A stretch of DNA of 58,903 bases from a virus (taxonomy: Duplodnaviria; Caudoviricetes). Location of the stretch: IMG/VR virus record IMGVR_UViG_3300032304_001646, positions 1-58,903 of that record, one strand, 5' to 3'. Positions within the stretch are counted from its first letter, which is position 1. Each line of letters starts with the position of its first letter. Of the stretch, positions 38,101 to 44,567 are shown piece by piece. Position numbers and translations under genes: made by a program. The notes under the pieces are model-generated. The model had not been told where the DNA came from. It saw only the letters and a program-made list of their open reading frames with translations, and searched no databases.

Positions 38101-40012
38101 TTATAGAGGACCGTGGACTCAGGGTGTACAATATTTTAGAGACCCAGCAGCACCTGCACTTGCTACAAGACGAGATGTTGTTAAAGGAAGTAATGGACAA
38201 TACTATCTTTGTAAAGAAACATACACACCATCGGATACAACTACAAGACCAATTACTGGTGCGAATTATACAACATATTGGGAATCATTTGGTGCAACAT
38301 TTAGTTCGGTTGCAACTGATATTTTATTGGCGCAAGATGCAACTATTACAAGAGGATTGGTTATTGGGACTGATGGATTGACAGATGGATTTATCCGAAG
38401 TACTGGACCATCATCATTAACAACAGGTTCAGCTGCCGGTTTCTATTTACAACAAGATGGGCAATTCAGATTCGGAAGTAATCCTGATGATGTTCATTAT
38501 GCAGTAGGTAATAAACCACCATTTATGAGTTGGGATAACGCAACTTTAACAATTAGAGGAAAAATTGAAACTGATGCGAATACTGTTTCTCAAATCGGTG
38601 ATTGGGAAGTTGTAGATGGTAATTTCCAACATAATAGTGGACAAATTGTTTTAGATGCAGGTCTTAAAGAAATTAAAATTTCCGATTCTAGTAATATACC
38701 AAGAGTATTTATTAAGCAAGGTGAAATTACACTACCGGCAGCAGCCACCACAGAGAACATTAGTTTTCAAAATTCATATAATTTTGGAAGTCTTTTCTCT
38801 CCATCTACATACACTAGTTTAGGTTCTATTGATATAGAACAAGAGACACTTGATAATACTGGAGTTTATATTGATGTACCTGGAACATACGTTTTAGCAT
38901 CTCCAAACTTTGGAATTAGCCAAATACAATACGAGACAGATAGTAATTTTGTTGGTGGATACGCACAAGTGAATGTAGTGGTACAATGTTGGACAACTAA
39001 TAATCGTAGTGGTACACTTATTGGCTCTTATAGCTTAGCGTATGGTACTGGTGTATATAATGCAGAAGAATCTGGATTCACTTATTATTCCGGAACTACA
39101 TTTTCGATGACATTTCCAACGGCGAATACTTATTATTTCCATACGGTGACAGTCCTATATGGATTCATCCCCTACACATCAACCTTAACCGTTTATGGAC
39201 AACTAACCCCATCTACAATAACAACATCATTACAATTCGCTCAAACTGAAATTGGTAGAGATGGAATGATTGTACTATCAAATAGTACAAACTTCGCTTC
39301 AATTAAAAGAACTACAACCGCACCAATCATACAAATAGCAACAAGTGGAGCCTATCCTGGAATAGAAATTGGAAACACTAATATATCATCTACTGCACAG
39401 GCAATTAAAGTAACGGGAGGTGATGTGTTACTAACGGGTGCCGGAAATAACTTAATGGTAAATGGTGGTTTTATTGGAACGGAAAATACAGCAGCTGGAA
39501 TTCGTTTGGGTACTGATGGTACTAACTCTGTTCTAATAGGTGCTTCGTTTCCAGAATCAAGTGGCGCAGCTAGAGCTGCTAGATTGAGACCAGCCGGACC
39601 TAAATTTGGAATTACTGGTCGTGAATTGATATCGGATTCATCTACAATTAGAATAAAAAAAGATATAGAAGATTATCCAGCATCGGCATACGAAAGTATT
39701 AGACGTATTAAGCCTGTTTTATTTACCCCAATGGCGGCAATTAATAGTGATATTGAAGAAAATTATTCAATAAATTATCCATTAATACCAAATCCAAAAG
39801 AATATATTGGTAAACAGGGTGGATTTATTGCGGAATGGTTGGATTCTGATTCCGAATTGAGAAGATATTGTAACTATGGTGTAAGTGGAAGTATATCGGT
39901 TGTAGACTCAATATCGTATGATAGACTTGTAGTACCTTTAACCAAAACAGTTCAAATTCTTATGGATAAAGTGGAAGCATTAGAAGCATACATAAGTTCT
40001 TCAAAAATATAA
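32177..40012 (+). CDS. Giant tail fibre / receptor-binding protein with C-terminal peptidase S74 intramolecular chaperone
   Basis: Repeated Ig-like beta modules, carbohydrate-binding-like GAW...Y..NDIVSY.G..W.C units, GTAG collagen-like stretches, SDSSTIRIKKDI...IKPV.F...GFIAE...ISYDRL..L...Q.L (S74). Confidence 0.8.
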   Translation: MPIIKKYAETLTAPLTNYNTFLVDDNPNSTYFKVTEFADVFTGGKNGFLIEGSPYLKETTEIKIQILDVNGDPIYYEPGNGIPEYYEGLSKLIAVYVYEDTPIGEAKITILGEAKNYIDADGITQEIPDEWKSVYNLKWEKTFKVNRLLSNEDKVRFYKRPVVNITEIVKPIFSNVVAQKIQTGSVIGTSQTPVAGQSLLNYTSPTSYLLTTVGNTFWTASVVDTYLEFPNLSYRPLVTEIINDRQIIVQPPYYDEAQGSIAIVENFTNEGFTASFNYTEGVDNLKTALTGSFAKINITDLTTFVGDVARVKIFRKSQSDLADYQFIQEIQLESNELLIDLESQVKNQEFYGIFDKENFKSQHPTGYWVTSSNSLTATFNQNYLFNSVKLDGNLSSNYYYTSKSFNLTENTEYTLGLNYRGNSTTIGQLGQLRVFISGSKDSVIGGDEQDIVTFKANSSAILQKQIASVNFRAENFTNSKLYFEVKGTGWHIADVSLRAAQETAYSPDEITFIQSVPRSLPVETFDYRFEFYDINNNYVPVLVEESKTFDGGNLQTIRKQLRLIASSAGFQFDSGSNPVPPTIITIEEEKTLLTGSVSYTSASFDFFGNALSSSQYTQSIFQQPIPLYSGSGQYPGVLQGIGTGNVFMRVQDFTGSRSDINVQLIKLTGECEGFTDTINIYKILDGFGGVNHIIRPFRGTQIRNSSTSSLEIQAVRIDGINDILLSKQSYKNFSDIQLHIISRSKNYELNPNLEPDKFVNLSYVTASNMIYGLTTGSIGTGQIDYNAVFNRDSIDFRRTIFLMPSSSAASGPAYAVSSSILASIILEDLQDGLDSGKVLFNVDTFTINPRIESTFRPTFAFATASFAKRGTAPGEIESVTSSFQVYPSMSINKDWVPEYWLYYHTQSLDPTLTVVARDENKNIIPSQTPNGNVRSPLNQTKNLTLTFVYTEPWTSASVSIDKTFTIVPEGKQGDESIVFEVNPISITLGANSRGVINDFRPSITDIKLKQGASYLAFSSSAYTLNNLSTHGTFYIATSSIIERNVKAGNVQFTSSFGVPYTASLIVSASSNMRELSGSIEYPLIIHPYFTSSIYTASVVVNYTKVLEGAPPIQILISPTSPSLIADEVGFVTNTNYAAANTTIQVKEGDDFLIFTTQSTDPGTWRINKVETSSSLGIWPIRTGSGIDFTNPTLFNTHGPSSSSFSTATLNFNRFDHPYVSANAIYTIQVYPFALGAGHLYTSSIFTRTQTFTKNVTPPKARSVDFKASSYTVNYDRNGRVSALSNNPIILSATAFNTTSSADKVYFSIYDVALDGSETFNSQFVGSGNPAFCDLFDQVNYSDIAPDTQRTFKVKITDGNPYTSPTVNPYRAEAQLTISGVKAGADSYKLASTNDNCSITADLWTTNVSGTGMKITTFNGNQQLTNANPLPLPNNPNDLDFNNEPIGVLGFSSASIVYKDAWINQSTVFPTPTTNPATIGNITGWTSPSTNKSGQIVYRIDFEGDRFSTNTSIRPLARQTQFVTQSFTVQFEAPAPYDVQMTNENASVVYKVSGQYDLTGTSNSIRVYRGSTELVNTNPLPATDTDSYGTTGLSKEKCRVTISSKSGHITLAGGLTAGQFVSGTPATIGSITGWADPVNNPTAEIVYQIECEGRQTLIKTQSLSIQYEGNTGPGIVMRGIWSNTVDYIGAVETTNKRRDAVIWPNPANYNNETHYWAAASGSGPNTGKKHNPGIIVGPQQPDNGGSAFPWVDSDHWQYLGEEEFFVAAKIAIFEESFVKNTINVGVKDINTPFANIVLAGGRTDPYIAIGQTGTVGTAGTAGSSAAPTGVIGYDRPGIFLGIYENGTSGTTGRFSIKTTSTSGKGMFWDGDTLTIVGAIRQLEPGVSEGSLRGAWTVGFTYFTNDIVSYAGQSWRCTSAQAQNYQHIATNDTAALTGYPGAGPWAIAAAAGTSGTAGSGGTNGTAGTAGGPGPGVVYRGPWTQGVQYFRDPAAPALATRRDVVKGSNGQYYLCKETYTPSDTTTRPITGANYTTYWESFGATFSSVATDILLAQDATITRGLVIGTDGLTDGFIRSTGPSSLTTGSAAGFYLQQDGQFRFGSNPDDVHYAVGNKPPFMSWDNATLTIRGKIETDANTVSQIGDWEVVDGNFQHNSGQIVLDAGLKEIKISDSSNIPRVFIKQGEITLPAAATTENISFQNSYNFGSLFSPSTYTSLGSIDIEQETLDNTGVYIDVPGTYVLASPNFGISQIQYETDSNFVGGYAQVNVVVQCWTTNNRSGTLIGSYSLAYGTGVYNAEESGFTYYSGTTFSMTFPTANTYYFHTVTVLYGFIPYTSTLTVYGQLTPSTITTSLQFAQTEIGRDGMIVLSNSTNFASIKRTTTAPIIQIATSGAYPGIEIGNTNISSTAQAIKVTGGDVLLTGAGNNLMVNGGFIGTENTAAGIRLGTDGTNSVLIGASFPESSGAARAARLRPAGPKFGITGRELISDSSTIRIKKDIEDYPASAYESIRRIKPVLFTPMAAINSDIEENYSINYPLIPNPKEYIGKQGGFIAEWLDSDSELRRYCNYGVSGSISVVDSISYDRLVVPLTKTVQILMDKVEALEAYISSSKI

Positions 40013-40046
40013 AAACTATATATTTATATATATAAAAAATAATATT

Positions 40047-40331
40047 ATGGCAATTAAAACTGAAAAATTAGAAAAAGAAATTGTAGAAACTATAACTTCT
40101 TTACAAACCAAAGCAGGAGAACAAATACATGTTTTGGGTGAATTTCACATTAGACTTAGAGATTTAGAAGCTGAAAAGAAAAAAATACAAGAATTTGTAT
40201 TCTCAATTGAAGCTGAATATGACAAGTTAGTTACTACTTTAAATGAAACTCTTAAGGAATTGGAAATTAAATATCCTAAAGGAGAAGTTGATTTAAAGGC
40301 GGGTGTTGTTATATTCGATGATGTTCAATAA
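40047..40331 (+). CDS. Small coiled-coil protein (paralog of 44136..44537), possible fibre chaperone
   Basis: ...LKELEIKYPKGEVDLKAG matches ...LDALDEQYPQGRINLQDG; TATTTATA at 40021. Confidence 0.6.
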   Translation: MAIKTEKLEKEIVETITSLQTKAGEQIHVLGEFHIRLRDLEAEKKKIQEFVFSIEAEYDKLVTTLNETLKELEIKYPKGEVDLKAGVVIFDDVQ

Positions 40332-40337
40332 AATAAA

Positions 40338-40369
40338 TTTGGTAGTTTGAGAATTATTTTGTATATTTG
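40338..40369 (+). promoter_or_regulatory. Bacteroidota-type promoter (-33/-7), perfect consensus
   Basis: TTTG (40338-40341)-N20-TATATTTG (40362-40369), 16 nt before the ATG at 40386. Confidence 0.7.
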
Positions 40370-40385
40370 TTACAATTAATAAAAT

Positions 40386-42563
40386 ATGTCTAAAAAAAAG
40401 TTACTGTACATTGCACCTCACTTATCTACGGGAGGACAACCACAATACCTGTATAAACAGGTAAATCATTTTATTAAAGATTTTGATATCCAAGTTATTG
40501 AAATAAACAATAGTGGTGGAAATGCATTTGTGGTTCAAAAAAATAGAATAAAATCATTAGTAGAGGTTCATACGTTAGGGGATGATAAATCGGAAATACT
40601 TAATATTATAAATGTATTCCAACCTGATATTATACATTTTCAAGAGATACCACAATTTGATTTAGCAACAAATATATTAGATAGAATATTTTCAGATAAA
40701 AGAAAATATTTTATTGTAGCATCAACACATGGTTCATTAACAAATCCATCTGAAATATCTTATCATCCCGATAGATATGTTTTAGTATCCGAATGGAGTA
40801 GACAGAAATTTATTGATACTGGAGTAGAAACTGATGTATGGGAATATCCTATTGAAGAATATGAATTTGATAAACCAGCTGCACAAAAACTATTAGGATT
40901 AGACCCAAATTGGAAGCATGTACTTAATGTTGGATTATTTGCACCTGGTAAAAATCAGGGTGAAATATTTGCAATAGCAAGGCAATTGGAAAAGTATAAA
41001 ATTAAATTTCACTTTGTAGGAAATCAAGCTGGTAATTTTGAACACTATTGGGGTCCATTGATGAAATTTGTTCCTGACAATTGTATTATATGGGGAGAAA
41101 GAAATGATGTGGATACATTCTATTCAGCGTGTGATATGTTTTATTTTAGTTCTAAATTAGAATTAAATCCATTGTCTGTAAAAGAAGCATTGAGTTACAA
41201 ACTACCTTCTATATTTAGAAAGTTACATACCTATTTGGATACATACGATAATAATCCATTGGTAACTTATATAGATGATGATTTAAAATTAACTAAACGA
41301 ATTATTTTAGAAAAATTACAACCTGAATTTAATGAAGTACCTGGATATTTTTCGTACAATGATTTATACGATTATGTTGTTGATAATGTTAAACCCAATT
41401 CTACATTAGTTGAGGTTGGAACTTGGCTTGGTAAATCTGCAAACTATTTGTTAGATAAACTTAAAGAATCAAAAAAAGAAGTTAATTTTGTAACAATAGA
41501 TACTTTCAAAGGAACTGATGATGAGGAGTTGCACCAAAATATAGTAGGAGCATTTAATGGAGATATATTTTATGAGTTTATAGATAATACGGTTCTCTCA
41601 AATAATTATGGTTCGTTTGATATTATAAAAGATACTTCACATAATGCAGCTAATCAATTTACAAATAATAGTATTGATTATATAATGTTAGATGCTGGAC
41701 ATTCATATGAAGATGTTACTAATGATATAAAAATATGGTATAATAAAATAAAACCAGGTGGTATAATTAGTGGAGATGATTATGGTGGAAGTTATTTTCC
41801 AGGCGTAACACAAGCAGCAGATGAATATTTTTACAAACAATTCAGTAGAGGATTTAGAACTTGGTATCGTAAGAAACCTCGTATCCAAATAAAACATATG
41901 TTAACTAGACCGAATGATATGAGAGAAAGAGTATCTATTCAATCTATTAAACAATTGGAAAAATATGGAATGTATTATGAACCAATTGTAAATCAACCAT
42001 ACGAAGGATTTGCACCTGCTGAAAATTGTAGAAGGCCGGAACACATAAGTAAAGATAATAAACCAGGAGAATTATATCCTGGTGCAGGTTTAGGATGGAT
42101 GACAGGTAGACACTACGGATGTTATTTAGCACATAGAATGGCATTGGAAACTATGGATACCGAAAATTTTGATTACACTTTAGTATTTGAAGCAGATGCG
42201 TTTATCTATACCGGATTAGAAGAATTTGTTGAGATAGTACATAGAGCATGTTTCTTATCGGAGAGAGATGATGTACCATTCATTTCATTCGCAGATAATC
42301 CATCGAGAAGTAAAGAAAAAATAGATGAGTTGTTTTCAAAAACAGCACCGAATCAAGACCTTGCACATTGTTACTTAATTCCTAATAGAGAAAAACAATG
42401 GTGGGCGGATAGACTTAAAGATTGCGGATGGGATGTTGGTGACCTTTGGTATAATCACGTATTTGCTAATTATCCAAGACCACGTTATACAACTAACAAA
42501 TTGTATAGTAAACAAGCGGAAGGATTTTCTTTATTAGATTTAACAGTTAAAACTTGGAGTTAA
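40386..42563 (+). CDS. Three-domain fusion: GT4 glycosyltransferase, class I SAM methyltransferase, GT25-like glycosyltransferase
   Basis: HLSTGG, VGLF..GKNQ, ELNPLSVKEA (GT-B/GT4); VEVGTWLGKS, IDTF, LDAGHSYE, KPGGIISGDDY (Methyltransf_24-like); GCYLAH, LVFEADA, AHCYLI (GT25-like). Confidence 0.8.
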   Translation: MSKKKLLYIAPHLSTGGQPQYLYKQVNHFIKDFDIQVIEINNSGGNAFVVQKNRIKSLVEVHTLGDDKSEILNIINVFQPDIIHFQEIPQFDLATNILDRIFSDKRKYFIVASTHGSLTNPSEISYHPDRYVLVSEWSRQKFIDTGVETDVWEYPIEEYEFDKPAAQKLLGLDPNWKHVLNVGLFAPGKNQGEIFAIARQLEKYKIKFHFVGNQAGNFEHYWGPLMKFVPDNCIIWGERNDVDTFYSACDMFYFSSKLELNPLSVKEALSYKLPSIFRKLHTYLDTYDNNPLVTYIDDDLKLTKRIILEKLQPEFNEVPGYFSYNDLYDYVVDNVKPNSTLVEVGTWLGKSANYLLDKLKESKKEVNFVTIDTFKGTDDEELHQNIVGAFNGDIFYEFIDNTVLSNNYGSFDIIKDTSHNAANQFTNNSIDYIMLDAGHSYEDVTNDIKIWYNKIKPGGIISGDDYGGSYFPGVTQAADEYFYKQFSRGFRTWYRKKPRIQIKHMLTRPNDMRERVSIQSIKQLEKYGMYYEPIVNQPYEGFAPAENCRRPEHISKDNKPGELYPGAGLGWMTGRHYGCYLAHRMALETMDTENFDYTLVFEADAFIYTGLEEFVEIVHRACFLSERDDVPFISFADNPSRSKEKIDELFSKTAPNQDLAHCYLIPNREKQWWADRLKDCGWDVGDLWYNHVFANYPRPRYTTNKLYSKQAEGFSLLDLTVKTWS

Positions 42564-43711
42564 TGATATACGATAATTTAAAGAAAAATAAAAACAATAT
42601 AGTTGAAGTAAAAAATAAAGTAATAATTTATTTTGTCAATGGTCCATATGTGGAAGTTCAGGGAAACATAAGTTCTGATTATACAGTTGAATTTATAGAT
42701 AATAAAAGTGGTAAAATTTATTATTCAACTACAATTAAAAACAATATGTGGACAAGATGTAGTATAGAATATTTTGTAGAATGGAAGATAAAGATTTATG
42801 AAAATGGAAAATTGTGGTATGAATATCTTTACGATGCAAAAGATAAGCGTGTATATATAGCAATAGATTCAAAGGCATTGGGAGATTCATTAGCTTGGTT
42901 TGCATATGTAGATGAATTTAGAAAAAAACATCAATGTAAAGTAATAACTTCAACATTTATGAATCATATGTTTATTGACCAATATCCTGAAATATCATTT
43001 GTAGAACCAGGTACAAATGTAGAAGGATTATATGCAATGTATAAAATTGGATTGTTTTATAACGATGATAGTGGAATTAATCTTTATAAAAATCCAATAG
43101 ACCCAAAAGCACAAACAATGCAAAAAATGTGTTCTGATATATTGGGATTAGATTTTGTAGAAGTAAAACCAAAAATAAAACAAAGAAAACCATATATAGA
43201 CCCAAATCTTAAGCAGGTTTGTATTGGGGTATTTGGTACAGCACAATCCAAATTTTGGAATAATCCAACAGGATGGCAGACTGTTGTTGATTGGTTGAAT
43301 AGCAAAGGATATACGGTAAAATTACTTTCAAAGGAAGGGGATGATTATATGGGAAACAAATTACCAAAAGGAGTAGTTCAACATCCACACGGTCCTTTAG
43401 AATTAGTTATGGATGAAATGTTAAAATCAAAAGCATTTATTGGTATAGGTAGTGGATTAAGTTGGTTAAGTTGGTCTTTAAATGTACCAACTGTTTTGAT
43501 AAGTGGATTCTCATACGATTGGGCAGAAATGAAAGATTGTGTACGAATTGCTGCACCAAAAGGAAAATGTGAAGGTTGTTTTAATAGAATAAGATTAGAC
43601 CCATCCGATTGGAATTGGTGTCCAGACCACAAAGGTACTGAAAGACAATTCGAATGTACAAAATCGATAACATCCGAATCAGTAATAAAAGAATTAGAGA
43701 AATTTTTGTAA
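42563..43711 (+). CDS. Autotransporter strand-loop-strand O-heptosyltransferase (Aah/TibC family)-like
   Basis: N-terminal beta domain with YFVEWKIKI, ALGDSLAWF.Y...F.KKH.C, KFWNNP.GW..V, FIGIGSGLSWLSW, VLISGFS and the Cys cluster CEGCFN..WNWCPDHKG..QFECTKSI. Start at the TAATG overlap, 42563. Confidence 0.82.
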   Translation: MIYDNLKKNKNNIVEVKNKVIIYFVNGPYVEVQGNISSDYTVEFIDNKSGKIYYSTTIKNNMWTRCSIEYFVEWKIKIYENGKLWYEYLYDAKDKRVYIAIDSKALGDSLAWFAYVDEFRKKHQCKVITSTFMNHMFIDQYPEISFVEPGTNVEGLYAMYKIGLFYNDDSGINLYKNPIDPKAQTMQKMCSDILGLDFVEVKPKIKQRKPYIDPNLKQVCIGVFGTAQSKFWNNPTGWQTVVDWLNSKGYTVKLLSKEGDDYMGNKLPKGVVQHPHGPLELVMDEMLKSKAFIGIGSGLSWLSWSLNVPTVLISGFSYDWAEMKDCVRIAAPKGKCEGCFNRIRLDPSDWNWCPDHKGTERQFECTKSITSESVIKELEKFL

Positions 43712-44100
43712 TGAAAAAGATTTGGGTAAATGGAACGTTTGATGTGTTGCACATTGGACATATTAGACTTATATTACATGCAGCATCTTTAGGTGTATTA
43801 AGAGTGGGTATCGATACCGATGAAAGAGTTCGTTCAAAGAAAGGAATAGAAAGACCTTTTAATAAATTAGATGACCGTATGGAATTCTTATCTGCAATCA
43901 CCGGTGTTGATAGTGTTGTATCGTTTGATACGGATGATGAACTTCGTAATTGTATAAAAGATTGGGGTACGGATATAATGGTAATTGGTGCTGAATACAA
44001 ATATAAAGAAATAATAGGATTGGAGAATGTACCTAATATTGAATTTTTTGAAAAAATAGAAGGATTTAGTACAACTAATATATTAAAAAACAAAAAGTAA
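43711..44100 (+). CDS. RfaE domain II / HldC-like sugar-1-phosphate nucleotidyltransferase (HIGH superfamily)
   Basis: NGTFDVLHIGH, VGIDTD..V..KKG..RP, R..FL.A..GVD.V..F, G.STT.I; start at the TAATG overlap, 43711. Confidence 0.8.
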   Translation: MKKIWVNGTFDVLHIGHIRLILHAASLGVLRVGIDTDERVRSKKGIERPFNKLDDRMEFLSAITGVDSVVSFDTDDELRNCIKDWGTDIMVIGAEYKYKEIIGLENVPNIEFFEKIEGFSTTNILKNKK

Positions 44101-44135
44101 TATACTTATATATATAAAAACAAAAACAAAAACTT

Positions 44136-44537
44136 ATGGCAGAATTAGATAAAATTCCACAAAAACATTCAATTGAGATTGAATTGGTAAAATTGGATGA
44201 AACTGTATTAAACAGTATCACCGAGTTAAACCAAAAAGCTGCAGATATTATTCAAGAATTTGGAAAAATCTACGTTAGAAAAAAAGAAATTGAATTAGAT
44301 ATAATCTCTATGGATGACTTTTTAGTAAAAGGACAAGAAGAATTGGCAGCTACTAACAAAGAATTAAGAGATATACTTGATGCTTTAGATGAACAATATC
44401 CTCAAGGTAGAATTAATTTACAAGATGGTACAATTCAATATCAACCTGGAGCACCTACTAGAAAACAACAAGCTGAACAACAGGCACAACAAGCTCAACA
44501 ATCTACTGGTTCTGGTATGAAAGTTGTAAAACAATAA
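44136..44537 (+). CDS. Coiled-coil protein, paralog of 40047..40331
   Basis: Shared G...R...E and YP.G...L..G motifs; TACTTATA at 44103. Confidence 0.6.
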   Translation: MAELDKIPQKHSIEIELVKLDETVLNSITELNQKAADIIQEFGKIYVRKKEIELDIISMDDFLVKGQEELAATNKELRDILDALDEQYPQGRINLQDGTIQYQPGAPTRKQQAEQQAQQAQQSTGSGMKVVKQ

Positions 44538-44567
44538 TATCCAATATTTATATAGTAAGAAAACTAT

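Noticed and set aside
32177-40012. Diversity-generating retroelement or invertible cassette acting on the tail fibre
   Set aside because: No reverse transcriptase, recombinase, template/variable repeat pair or inverted crossover sites seen in this window.
43711-44100. Assignment as TagD (glycerol-3-phosphate cytidylyltransferase) or FAD synthetase
   Set aside because: Same superfamily, but NGTFDVLHIGH and KG..RP plus coupling to a heptosyltransferase-like gene favour RfaE-II/HldC; not fully excluded, so no gene symbol is given.
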